A stretch of DNA of 64,000 nt, taken from Myxococcota bacterium. GTDB taxonomy: Bacteria; Myxococcota_A; UBA9160; UBA6930. Every line of letters begins with the position of its first letter. The stretch's first letter is position 1. The stretch covers positions 2,048,001 to 2,112,000 of the forward strand of contig OZ245015.1 in assembly GCA_965223705.1 (NCBI GenBank). The letters run 5' to 3'. Both the position numbers and the translations under genes were made by a program. Shown piece after piece: positions 8,321-20,020 of the stretch. Under the pieces are notes generated by a model. The model searched no databases. It was not told the DNA's origin and saw only the letters and a program-made list of their open reading frames with translations.

Positions 8321-11300
8321 ATGAGCGAGGCGGCAGCCACTGTAAGCCCTCTGCGACCTTCACCGAGCCGCGTTCGCGTCGTCACGGCCGCGTCTCTTTT
8401 TGACGGGCACGATGCCGCCATCAACATCATGCGGCGGATCCTTCAGTCCCAAGGTGCCGAGGTCATCCATTTAGGTCACGACCGCTCGGTGGACGACGTC
8501 GTCGAGGCGGCGATCCAAGAGGATGCCCACGCCGTGGCGATCTCGTCATACCAGGGCGGTCACGTCGAGTATTTCAAGTACTTGGTCGATCGGCTGCGAG
8601 ACGCCGGGGCCCCGAACATCCGGGTGTACGGCGGAGGCGGCGGCACGATCGTCCCCGAGGAAATCGACGAGCTACACGCGTACGGTGTCGCGCGCATCTT
8701 CAGTCCCGAAGACGGCCGGGAGCTCGGGCTCGAAGGCATGATCCGCACGATCATCGACGAGTGCACCCAGGCGACGATCGCGCGCGTCACGAGCGAGGTC
8801 GAAACCGCTTCGCCTTCCGAACCTCTCGCGGTTGCCCGCCTCATCACGTGGTTCGAAGAGCACGGAGCTTCCGAGCCCGAACAAGCGGCGACGATACGCG
8901 CGGAACTCGAAGCGAAGCGGGCGGGCAAGCAGGCCGCGGTTATCGGGTTCACGGGAACCGGCGGGGCCGGCAAGTCGAGTGTGGTCGACGAAATCGTCGG
9001 CCGTTACCGCATGGAATTTCCGGACAACAACGTGGCACTCCTCCTCGTCGACCCGACGCGACGTCGCTCCGGCGGCGCGCTTCTCGGTGACCGGATCCGG
9101 ATGAACGCCATCCACGGAGGTTCCGTCTTCGTGCGCTCGCTCGCGACTCGAACCGCGCACCTCGCGGTCTCGAGCAGCGTCGCCGACGGCGTACGCGTGC
9201 TCCAGGGCGCGGGCTACGACTTGATCCTGGTCGAGACCGCGGGCATCGGCCAGAGCGACTCCGAGATCATCGATCTCGTCGATTCGTCCATCTACGTGAT
9301 GACACCGGAATTCGGCGCGCCCTCGCAACTCGAGAAGATCGACATGCTCGAACTCGCCGACGTGATCGTGCTGAACAAGTTCGATCGCCACGGGTCCGAA
9401 GACGCGTTGCGCGACGTCCGCAAGCAGTGGAAGCGCAACCACCCCGACCGCGCGGGTGCCGCCGACGCGGAAATTCCTGTGTTTCCGACCATGGCCCGCG
9501 CTTGGAACGACCCCGGAGTGGCGCGGCTGTACGCCGCCCTGCGCAACCAGATCCTCGGGAATGCGCTCGAGGTCCCGGAGGAGGCGGAAGTCGAGCGCGC
9601 GTCGTCCGCAATGATCCCGGGCAATCGCGCCCGCTATCTGGCGGATATCGCCGACACCGTTCGGGGCTACCGAGAAGAGAGCACTCGCCAGGCGGATCTC
9701 GCAGCGACCGCCTGGGCGCTGGGCCGCAGCCTCCGCGAATTGGGCGACGCGCCCGAGGCCGACGGCGCGCCGTATCCCGCGGCGGCTCTCGCCGACGCTT
9801 CGGTCGGTGAAGCGGTTCGCGAGTTGCGCAGCCGCTACAACGAAGCGCTCGATCGCATCGATCCCTCGGTCCGCCGCGAACTGCTCGAATGGGACGAACT
9901 CGCCCGTCGCTATACCCAAGACACGCAATCGTATGCGGTGCGCGGCCGCGAGATTCCCGTTGAGAACTACCGATCGTCCCTCTCGGGTACGGCGATCCCG
10001 AAGGTCGCCATTCCCCGCACCACGTCGTGGAGCGATCGGGTCCTCTTTCAGCGGCAAGAGAACGTTCCGGGAGCCTTCCCATTTACGGCCGGCGTCTTCC
10101 CGTTCAAGCGCGAGGGCGAGGACCCCACGCGGATGTTCGCGGGCGAGGGCGGGCCCGAGCGTACGAACCGCCGCTTCCATTACCTGTGTGAGGGGCAACC
10201 CGCTGCGCGGCTCTCGACGGCGTTTGACAGCGTCACCTTGTACGGCCGCGACCCCGATCTCCGACCCGATATCTACGGGAAGGTCGGTACGTCGGGCGTT
10301 TCGGTCTGCTGCCTCGACGATGCCAAGAAGCTCTACTCGGGCTTCGACCTGTGCGATCCCAAGACGTCGGTCTCCATGACCATCAATGGTCCGGCGCCCA
10401 TGGTGCTCGCGTTTTTCCTGAACGCGGCGATCGATCAGCAGGTCGAACGACACCTGGTCGAGACGGGGCAACTCGCCGCCGTGCGGGAACGTTTTGGAGG
10501 CGACGCAGCGCTCCCCCGCTATGCGGGAGAACTGCCGAGCAACCACAATGGCCTCGGGCTCGGGTTGCTGGGCATTCCCGGCGACCGGGCGGTCGACGCG
10601 GAAACCTACCAGCGCATCCGCGAAAAGGTGCTTTCCACGGTTCGAGGCACGGTCCAGGCCGACATCCTGAAAGAAGATCAGGCACAGAATACGTGCATCT
10701 TCTCGACGGAGTTCGCGCTCAAAGTGATGGGGGACATCCAGGAGTTCTTCGTCTCGAACGCGGTGAAGAACTTCTACTCGGTCTCGATCTCGGGCTATCA
10801 CATCGCCGAAGCGGGAGCGAACCCGATCTCGCAGTTGGCTTTTACCCTGGCCAACGGCTTCACCTACGCCGAGTACTACTTGGCGCGCGGGATGTCGATC
10901 GACCAGTTCGCGCCGAACTTCTCGTTCTTCTTCAGCAATGGGCTCGATCCCGAGTACAACGTGATCGGCCGGGTGGCGCGTCGCATTTGGGCGATCGCCA
11001 TGCGCGAGCGCTACGGCGCCGATGAGAGGAGCCAGAAGCTCAAGTATCACATTCAGACTTCCGGGCGGTCGCTGCACGCGCAAGAAATGTCCTTCAATGA
11101 CATCCGCACGACGCTCCAGGCACTGATCGCCATTCAGGATCACTGCAACAGTCTGCACACCAACGCCTACGACGAAGCTGTGACCACGCCGACACCCGAG
11201 TCGGTGCGTCGCGCGTTGGCGATTCAGCTCATCATCAACCGCGAGCTCGGGACGACGATGAACGAGAACCCGATCCAAGGGGCGTATCTGGTCGACGAGC

Positions 11301-11746
11301 TCACCGATCTCGTCGAGGAAGCGGTGCTGGCCGAGTTCGAGCGGATCTCGGACCGCGGTGGCGTGCTCGGCGCGATGGAGACCCTCTACCAGCGCGGAAA
11401 GATCCAGGAGGAGAGCCTCCACTACGAGACGCTGAAGCACAACGGGGAGCTCCCCATCATCGGCGTCAACACGTTCCTGAACCCCGACGGTGAGGACAGC
11501 AGCGTGCAACCGACGGGCCTCATGCGGGGTACGGCGGAAGAGAAGCAGGTGCAGCTCGACAACTTGGCGGGCCTCCACGGTCGCTACCAGGAAGAAGCTG
11601 CCGCGGCCCTCACGGGACTGCAGCGGGCGGCACGGGCAAACGAGAACGTCTTCGCGGAGTTGATGGAAACGGTGAAGGTCGCGAGCCTCGGGCAAGTGAC
11701 GAACGCGTTGTTCGAGGTCGGCGGCCGCTACCGGCGGGCGATGTAG
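8321..11746 (+). CDS. icmF: Fused isobutyryl-CoA mutase/GTPase chaperone IcmF
   Basis: N-terminal B12-binding domain (FDGHD), MeaI G-domain ([20 protein letters not shown]), and a mutase domain with RMFAGEG (Phe specificity residue) and SISGYH. Confidence 0.95.
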   Translation: MSEAAATVSPLRPSPSRVRVVTAASLFDGHDAAINIMRRILQSQGAEVIHLGHDRSVDDVVEAAIQEDAHAVAISSYQGGHVEYFKYLVDRLRDAGAPNIRVYGGGGGTIVPEEIDELHAYGVARIFSPEDGRELGLEGMIRTIIDECTQATIARVTSEVETASPSEPLAVARLITWFEEHGASEPEQAATIRAELEAKRAGKQAAVIGFTGTGGAGKSSVVDEIVGRYRMEFPDNNVALLLVDPTRRRSGGALLGDRIRMNAIHGGSVFVRSLATRTAHLAVSSSVADGVRVLQGAGYDLILVETAGIGQSDSEIIDLVDSSIYVMTPEFGAPSQLEKIDMLELADVIVLNKFDRHGSEDALRDVRKQWKRNHPDRAGAADAEIPVFPTMARAWNDPGVARLYAALRNQILGNALEVPEEAEVERASSAMIPGNRARYLADIADTVRGYREESTRQADLAATAWALGRSLRELGDAPEADGAPYPAAALADASVGEAVRELRSRYNEALDRIDPSVRRELLEWDELARRYTQDTQSYAVRGREIPVENYRSSLSGTAIPKVAIPRTTSWSDRVLFQRQENVPGAFPFTAGVFPFKREGEDPTRMFAGEGGPERTNRRFHYLCEGQPAARLSTAFDSVTLYGRDPDLRPDIYGKVGTSGVSVCCLDDAKKLYSGFDLCDPKTSVSMTINGPAPMVLAFFLNAAIDQQVERHLVETGQLAAVRERFGGDAALPRYAGELPSNHNGLGLGLLGIPGDRAVDAETYQRIREKVLSTVRGTVQADILKEDQAQNTCIFSTEFALKVMGDIQEFFVSNAVKNFYSVSISGYHIAEAGANPISQLAFTLANGFTYAEYYLARGMSIDQFAPNFSFFFSNGLDPEYNVIGRVARRIWAIAMRERYGADERSQKLKYHIQTSGRSLHAQEMSFNDIRTTLQALIAIQDHCNSLHTNAYDEAVTTPTPESVRRALAIQLIINRELGTTMNENPIQGAYLVDELTDLVEEAVLAEFERISDRGGVLGAMETLYQRGKIQEESLHYETLKHNGELPIIGVNTFLNPDGEDSSVQPTGLMRGTAEEKQVQLDNLAGLHGRYQEEAAAALTGLQRAARANENVFAELMETVKVASLGQVTNALFEVGGRYRRAM

Positions 11747-11777
11747 CGGCGCCGACGCGCCGAGAAACGAGAGAAAC

Positions 11778-13924
<2,147 letters not shown>

Positions 13925-13928
<4 letters not shown>

Positions 13929-15020
13929 GCGACGACGGACCGAGAGCGGTCTCACGGCGAGCGAGCGGACGGACCGGGAGCGGTCTCACGGCGAGCGAGC
14001 GACAACGGACCGGGAACGGCCGCACGCCGAGCTGGCGACGACGAACTCGACGCGGTCTGCCGGGCGATTCGCGACGGCGATCGTCGGGCGGTTGCGCGGA
14101 CCATCACGCTCCTCGAAAGCACACGCAGCGACCACAGCGCGCGCGGTCAAGCGATCCTCGAAGCGTTGCTTCCCCACACCGGCGCGGCCTTTCGCGTCGG
14201 GATCACCGGACCGCCTGGCGTCGGGAAGAGCACTTTCATCGAAGCGCTGGGCCTCCACGTTCTCTCCCTCGACCTCCGCATAGCGGTACTCGCGGTGGAC
14301 CCGAGCAGTCCGCTGAGCGGCGGCAGCATTCTCGGGGACAAGACCCGCATGGAACGGCTGTCCCGGGAAGAGGGGGCGTTTATTCGACCCTCGCCGTCGG
14401 GCGGTTCCCTGGGCGGCGTCGCGAGCCGCACGCGCGAGGCGATGTTGGTCTGCGAAGCAGCGGGCTTCGACGTCGTCGTCGTGGAGACGGTGGGCGTCGG
14501 CCAATCGGAAGTGACCGTGCGCTCGATGGTCGACTTCTTCGCGGTGATGCTGCAACCCGGCGCGGGGGACGGCCTCCAAGGGATCAAGCGCGGCGTTCTC
14601 GAGCTCGCCGACGCGCTCATCGTCAACAAGTCGGACGGGGACCAGATCGAACTCGCCGAGCGCACCCGCATTGATCACGAACAGGCGCTGACACTCCTCC
14701 GGCCGCCTTCCGCGAGCTGGGTGCCGCGCGTCCTCGCCGTGAGCTCCCTCGACGGGACGGGCATCGACGCGGTCTGGGAGACGGTGGCTGAGCATCGAGC
14801 CGCTCTCGATCGTGCGGGTGAGCTGCGGCGGCAGCGGCGCACCCAGGACCGTCAGTGGTTGTGGAGCCTCCTCGAGGAAGGGCTCCTCGACGCCTTCCGC
14901 AACGATCCGGCAACATCCGAGGAGCTGGCCGTCCTCGAGGCCGACGTGATGGGTCAAAAGACCACACCCGCCGCAGCTGCGCGTCAGTTGCTCAAGACCT
15001 TCCGATCAAACCGGGCCTGA
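13925..15020 (+). CDS. meaB: MeaB/ArgK mutase chaperone GTPase, apparently frameshifted near its 5' end
   Basis: [49 protein letters not shown]. The coupled GTG at 13925 is out of frame with the body because of a 2-nt-short repeat copy; the first in-frame start is TTG 14166. Confidence 0.85.
13928..14033 (+). repeat. Three imperfect tandem copies of a 36-nt unit (36, 34, 36 nt)
   Basis: agcgacgacggaccgagagcggtctcacggcgagcg / agcg--gacggaccgggagcggtctcacggcgagcg / agcgacaacggaccgggaacggccgcacgccgagct. Confidence 0.9.
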
Positions 15021-15117
15021 AAAACCCCTTCATACCCGGGCCGGGCCGGCCGATGACTTTGTGAGGTTTGGCCCTTCTGGGCTTTGGTGCGCTCTTTGGC
15101 GCAGCGAGGTGTCTGCC

Positions 15118-15798
15118 ATGGTGCAGATCAACATGGCCGCGCGCGAGATTGTGCTCAAGATCGTCTATTACGGTCCGGCACTGTCGGGCAAGACCACCAA
15201 CCTGCAACAGCTCCACGAAATGCTCGAAGGTTCGGCCAAGGGCAAGATGGTCACACTCGACACGACCGACGACCGGACCCTGTATTTCGATTTCCTGCCG
15301 CTTCAATTCGGAACCCAAAGCGGTTTTGCCGTGAAGCTCAAGCTCTTCACCGTACCCGGCCAGGTCATGCACAAGTCGACCCGCAAAGTCGTCTTGGCGG
15401 GCGCGGATGCGGTGGCCTTCGTCGCCGATTCCCAGCGCTCCTCGGCTTCGGCCAACGCGTACTCCTACCGGGACATGGAAGCGAACCTGAAGAGCAACGG
15501 GATCGATTTCGACACCGTTCCGCGGGTCATCCAGTTCAACAAGCGCGACCTTCCGGATATCAAGCCGTTGGCGGAGATCCGAGACGCTTGGGGCGACATC
15601 CCGACGTTCCCCGCCGTCGCGATTCGCGGAGAGGGCGTGCTCGAGACGTTCCGCGAGCTCCTGCGCCGCACCTATCGCTCGCTCGACAAGAAGCACGGCT
15701 TCGCGGCGAAGTTCGGCGTGACCGAGGACGATTTCCTGAACGGCGTCTTCAAGCACTTCCGGGACGCCCCCGCCGCCGCCGCGAACTCCGACAGCTAG
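15118..15798 (+). CDS. MglA/SofG-family small Ras-like GTPase
   Basis: KIVYYGPALSGKTTN, DRTLYFDF, TVPGQ, FVADSQ, NKRD; C-terminal extension; RBS GAGG before ATG 15118. Confidence 0.9.
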   Translation: MVQINMAAREIVLKIVYYGPALSGKTTNLQQLHEMLEGSAKGKMVTLDTTDDRTLYFDFLPLQFGTQSGFAVKLKLFTVPGQVMHKSTRKVVLAGADAVAFVADSQRSSASANAYSYRDMEANLKSNGIDFDTVPRVIQFNKRDLPDIKPLAEIRDAWGDIPTFPAVAIRGEGVLETFRELLRRTYRSLDKKHGFAAKFGVTEDDFLNGVFKHFRDAPAAAANSDS

Positions 15799-15962
15799 GT
15801 TCGAGCTCCCTCGCAGGCGCCGCGTTTGACACCCTTCTGGGGCGCTGATAGCGTCGATTCTCGGCCCAACGACGTCTGCACCGGGCTGCCCCTGGGGTCA
15901 TCGGGGGTGCCGGGGCCTTAGCGTACAATCCCATAGGCATCCCTCCGCACCCCGAAGTCTTT

Positions 15963-17225
15963 ATGAGCGACCCTGTGCATTCCTCCTCCGCTTCGCCCGA
16001 TCCGCCCAAATCGCCGGGTGCGGTCGAGCGCGCCGTCGACGCGCTGCGGACGGGGCGCATCGTGGTCGTGACGAACGATGACGATCCCGCCACCGAAGGC
16101 GAGCTGTGCATGGCCGCGACCCAGGCGACGGCCGAATCGATCAACTTCATGCTGAGGCGCGCCCGCGGTTTGGTCTGTCTCGCCCTGACCGAAGAGCGAC
16201 TGCGTAAGCTCGGCCTCGACATGATGACTGCCGAAGGGGAGTCGACGGAGCGCCTCCCGATGGCCGTTTCGATCGAAGCGAGCGAAGGCGTGACGACCGG
16301 TATCTCGGCCTCCGATCGAGCCACGACGGTCCGTGCGGCTGTCGCCGAAGGCGCGCGTCCCGAGCATTTGCGCAGCCCCGGCCACGTGTTCCCCGTGCGC
16401 GTACGGAGCGGCGGCGTCCTGCGACAGCCCGGTCGCGTCGAAGCGGCGGTGGACCTCGTCCGATTGGCCGGCCTCCCGCCCGCAGCGGTCACCTGCCAGG
16501 TGCTGCGAGAAGACGGCGCGATGGCGGTGCTCGACGACCTGACCGCTCTTTGCGACGACGCGGGTCTGGTCCGGGTCAGCGTCGCCGATCTGGTGCGCTA
16601 CCGGCTCCAGCACGAGACGCTCGTCCGGCGCGCCGGCGATGCGCACTTGCCGACCCGCAACGCGGGAAGTTTCCGGGCGATCGTCTACGAGAATGAGATC
16701 GATGGCATCGACCACATCGCCTTGGTGAAGGGCGACGTGGCGGCGGGCGAGCCCGTTTTGGTGCGGCTTCACAGCGAATGCCTCACCGGGGACGCGTTCC
16801 ATTCGCTGCGTTGCGATTGCGGCGAACAACTCGATCGCGCGATGGAGCAGATCGATCGCGAAGGGCGAGGCGTCATTCTGTACCTTCGGCAAGAGGGGCG
16901 GGGCATCGGCCTCAAGAACAAAATTCGGGCCTACGGCCTGCAGGACCGGGAAGGTCTCGACACCGTCGAGGCCAACGTTCAGCTCGGTTTCGCTGCCGAT
17001 CAGCGCGACTATGGCGTCGGGGGGCAGATGCTCGTCGAACTCGGCGTCCGTCGTCTCCGGCTGTTGACCAACAACCCGCGCAAGCAATCGGCGATCGAGG
17101 CTCTGGGCCTCGAGATCGTCGAGCGGGTACCGCTCGAGGTCGCCCCGAACGACAAGAACCGCGAATACCTTCGCACGAAACGAGAGAAGCTCGGTCACGC
17201 GTTGCGTTTCGGTGAAGAGGACTAG
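15963..17225 (+). CDS. ribBA: RibBA-type fusion: GTP cyclohydrolase II with a degenerate DHBP synthase domain
   Basis: RLHSECLTGD..SLRCDCG, QEGRGIGL and LLTNNP are intact. The N-terminal RibB fold (TTGISA, PGHVFP) has altered catalytic motifs. Confidence 0.9.
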   Translation: MSDPVHSSSASPDPPKSPGAVERAVDALRTGRIVVVTNDDDPATEGELCMAATQATAESINFMLRRARGLVCLALTEERLRKLGLDMMTAEGESTERLPMAVSIEASEGVTTGISASDRATTVRAAVAEGARPEHLRSPGHVFPVRVRSGGVLRQPGRVEAAVDLVRLAGLPPAAVTCQVLREDGAMAVLDDLTALCDDAGLVRVSVADLVRYRLQHETLVRRAGDAHLPTRNAGSFRAIVYENEIDGIDHIALVKGDVAAGEPVLVRLHSECLTGDAFHSLRCDCGEQLDRAMEQIDREGRGVILYLRQEGRGIGLKNKIRAYGLQDREGLDTVEANVQLGFAADQRDYGVGGQMLVELGVRRLRLLTNNPRKQSAIEALGLEIVERVPLEVAPNDKNREYLRTKREKLGHALRFGEED

Positions 17226-17233
17226 GAGCTCCG

Positions 17234-18223
17234 TTGTTTACATCCGTTGAAGACGTACAGAAACAGCTGCAAGAGCAGGGCTATATCAGCGACAAGAACA
17301 TCGGGACGGTGGTGTATCTGGCGTCTCAGCTCGAGAAGCCCGTACTCGTCGAGGGGCCGGCGGGTGTCGGCAAGACCGAGTTGGCGAAGGCGGTGGCCCA
17401 GGCGACGGGCCGCGATCTCATTCGGCTCCAGTGCTACGAGGGGCTCGATGAGGCCAAGGCGCTCTACGAGTGGGAATACTCGAAGCAGCTGTTGTACACG
17501 CAGATTCTCAAGGAGAAGCTCGCCGAGACGATGGCTGGCGCGACCAGCCTGCGAGACGCGGCGGATCGCGTGGGCGCCGAGGACTCGGTCTTCTTCTCGA
17601 GTCGGTTCATCGTGACCCGGCCCCTCTTGCGAGCGATCACGTCCGACACGCCGACGCTGCTCTTGATCGACGAAATCGACAAATCGGATCCCGAGTTCGA
17701 GGCGTTCCTCCTCGAGGTCCTCTCGGATTTCCAGGTGACGGTGCCGGAGGTCGGTACGTTCCACGCCAGCCAGAAACCCATCGTCTTTCTCACGTCGAAC
17801 GACGCCCGCGAGATGAGCGACGCGTTAAAGCGCCGTTGTTTGCACCTTTACATCGATTTCCCGAAGGCAGAACTCGAAGTGCGAATCCTCGATTCGCGGG
17901 TTCCCGGCATCGAGCAGCGCCTCGCGGAGGATCTCGTCGAGCTGATGCAGAAGGTCCGCGACCTCGACCTCAAGAAGACGCCTTCGATCAGCGAGACCCT
18001 CGACTGGGCCCGGGCGCTCTTGGCGCTCAACGCGACGGAACTCGACGAAGACATGGTGCAGTCGACCCTGAGCGTCATCCTCAAGTACGAGGGCGACATC
18101 CAGAAAGCCAAGTCCGAGATGGGCAAGCTGGTCGAGAAAAAAGCCGCGGCGGCAGAGCCCGCGGCCGCGGCCGAAACGGCGGCGCCGGCGCCGAAGCCGG
18201 CCAAGAAGGGCACCCTTCACTAG
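17234..18223 (+). CDS. MoxR-family AAA+ ATPase (CoxD-like)
   Basis: EGPAGVGKTE, RLQCYEGLD..KALYEW, LLIDEIDK, LTSN..RE.SDALKRRC; TTG start after AGGAG. Confidence 0.92.
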   Translation: MFTSVEDVQKQLQEQGYISDKNIGTVVYLASQLEKPVLVEGPAGVGKTELAKAVAQATGRDLIRLQCYEGLDEAKALYEWEYSKQLLYTQILKEKLAETMAGATSLRDAADRVGAEDSVFFSSRFIVTRPLLRAITSDTPTLLLIDEIDKSDPEFEAFLLEVLSDFQVTVPEVGTFHASQKPIVFLTSNDAREMSDALKRRCLHLYIDFPKAELEVRILDSRVPGIEQRLAEDLVELMQKVRDLDLKKTPSISETLDWARALLALNATELDEDMVQSTLSVILKYEGDIQKAKSEMGKLVEKKAAAAEPAAAAETAAPAPKPAKKGTLH

Positions 18224-18235
18224 CGGCGGTGGCAT

Positions 18236-19651
18236 ATGCAACAGAAGATCATCGACTTCACGAACCTGCTGCGAAAGAGCGGGGTGCGCGTGTCGGTCGC
18301 CGAGGCGATCGATGCCTTCGAAGCGTTGGATGAGCTGTCGCTCGACGACCGCGAGGTGTTTCAGGACGCGCTGCGCTCGACCATGGTCAAGCGCGGCGAC
18401 GACATTCCGACCTTCGATCAGCTCTTCGAGCTCTTCTGGTCGTCGTTCTACGACAGCCTGAAGCAGGCCTTCGAGGACGTCTCCGCCGAGGGGATCGGCG
18501 AGTTTCGGCCCGAGGATCTGCTCGAGATGCTCCAGGCGCAGATGCAGCAGGTCGGTGGCGACGTCGATCTATCGGCGTTGGCCGAGGCCCTGCTCAACCA
18601 GGATTTCTCCGCGCTCGAGCAACTGATCCGCGAAGCGGCCGAGCGCGCCGGTGCGCCGAACATCGAGAACATGCTTCAGATCGGCTTCTTTACGCGTCGC
18701 ACGATGGAGCAGATGGGCTCCGAGGGGGCGACGACCGAGCTCCGCTCGATGGCGGAGCAGCTTCGCGAGTCGGGGCTACCCGACGCGCAGGTGGACGCAC
18801 TTCTCGAGCTTTTCGATCGCTACGCCGAGGCCCTGCGCCGCGCCGCTCGCAACTTCACCGAGCGAGAGTTGCAGCAACAGAACTTTGATTACATGGAGAA
18901 GTTCCGTAGGGAGTCGCTGCTCGAAAAGAGCTTCTACAACCTTACCGAAGAAGAAATCAAGCGCATGCGGGAGGTCGTGATTCGCCTGGCGCAGCGGATC
19001 AAGAATGTTCTTTCGATCCGCAAACGGCGCCTCAAGCGCGGCAAGCTCGATCTCCACACAATGCTGCGCCGGAACGCGGGACACGGCGGTGTACCGTTCG
19101 AAATGATCTTCAAGGAACGTCGGAAGGATCGGCCTAAGCTCGTGATTTTATGTGACGTTTCTTCTTCCGTGGCCAACGTTTCGCGGTTCATGTTGCAGTT
19201 CGTCTACACGCTCCAGGAATGCTTCACGAAGATCCGGACGTTCGTGTTCGTCTCCGAGCTCGGCGAGGTGACCCCCGTCTTTCAGGACAAGGAAATCAAC
19301 TCCGCCATCGAAAAGGCTCTCGAGGGCGGCGATGTGATCAACGTCTACACCCGATCGAACTTCGGGTTCGCTTTTCACCACTTCTGGAAGAACTTCCTGT
19401 CGGCCATCGACAACAAGACGACCGTGCTCATCCTCGGCGACGCGCGCAACAACTACAACGATCCGAAGCTCTGGTGCCTGCGCGACATTCACAACAAGGC
19501 GAAGCACGTGCTGTGGCTCAACCCGGAGAGTCCGAGTGCTTGGGGCTTTGGCGATAGCGTGATGGATCAATACCTGGCCCACGTCGATGCCGCGGAGGAA
19601 TGCCGCAACATGCGCCAGCTGTCGAAGGTCGTCGATCGACTGGTGCTCTAG
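18236..19651 (+). CDS. VWA-domain protein (CoxE-like), partner of the MoxR ATPase
   Basis: FTNLLRKSGVRVS, MIDAS DVSSS, ILGDARNNY, WLNPE, WGFGDS. Confidence 0.9.
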   Translation: MQQKIIDFTNLLRKSGVRVSVAEAIDAFEALDELSLDDREVFQDALRSTMVKRGDDIPTFDQLFELFWSSFYDSLKQAFEDVSAEGIGEFRPEDLLEMLQAQMQQVGGDVDLSALAEALLNQDFSALEQLIREAAERAGAPNIENMLQIGFFTRRTMEQMGSEGATTELRSMAEQLRESGLPDAQVDALLELFDRYAEALRRAARNFTERELQQQNFDYMEKFRRESLLEKSFYNLTEEEIKRMREVVIRLAQRIKNVLSIRKRRLKRGKLDLHTMLRRNAGHGGVPFEMIFKERRKDRPKLVILCDVSSSVANVSRFMLQFVYTLQECFTKIRTFVFVSELGEVTPVFQDKEINSAIEKALEGGDVINVYTRSNFGFAFHHFWKNFLSAIDNKTTVLILGDARNNYNDPKLWCLRDIHNKAKHVLWLNPESPSAWGFGDSVMDQYLAHVDAAEECRNMRQLSKVVDRLVL

Positions 19652-19674
19652 CGCGCAAAGGTCGATGCGCTTCA

Positions 19675-19865
19675 CAAAGCAGCAACGCCCCGTCGGTGAT
19701 TCCGACGGGGCGTTGCTTTACAAGGGGAGGGCGGTGGATAGATGATGGGGGGTGAGAGGTTGGACATTTCGCAAGAAATGCCATATCCACCGCCGCTCCA
19801 TAAACCTCGTGTCAATTCTGCGTTTTGGCTGGTGCCCCCGGGCCCGTTCGCGGCCCTCGAACGAG
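19675..19865 (-). ncRNA. Candidate small RNA (about 190 nt), or a 27-aa small-ORF mRNA
   Basis: Bounded by a minus-strand TTGACA-N18-CATACT promoter and the 16-bp hairpin; C-rich tract before the terminator. Confidence 0.4.
19681..19717. terminator. Intrinsic terminator-like hairpin, possibly bidirectional
   Basis: Perfect 16-bp stem AGCAACGCCCCGTCGG-tgatt-CCGACGGGGCGTTGCT with short T runs on both strands. Confidence 0.8.
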
Positions 19866-19869
19866 ACCC

Positions 19870-19899
19870 AGTATGAACCTTTTCTAGGGTCGGTGTCAA
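19870..19899 (-). promoter_or_regulatory. Sigma70-like promoter, divergent from miaB
   Basis: TTGACA (19899-19894), 18-nt spacer, CATACT (19875-19870) in an AT-richer intergenic region. Confidence 0.5.
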
Positions 19900-20020
19900 A
19901 CACGATTTGCACCTCGGAAAACCCCTGCAATCTAGCCTAGTTGTGGGTCTAATATGCAATGGTAAAGCGAGCTTTTTCGCCGGCCCGCCGCGTTGCTCTC
20001 GCGACACCCTCCGGTAGCTT

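Noticed and set aside
8168..8350. Cobalamin riboswitch upstream of icmF (GCCACTGTAA near 8336)
   Set aside because: The match lies inside the CDS and the other B12-box elements are missing
15799..15962. FMN riboswitch upstream of ribBA
   Set aside because: None of the conserved RFN segments is present
19675..19865. 6S RNA
   Set aside because: Size fits, but there is no 5'/3' end pairing or long rod with a central bubble
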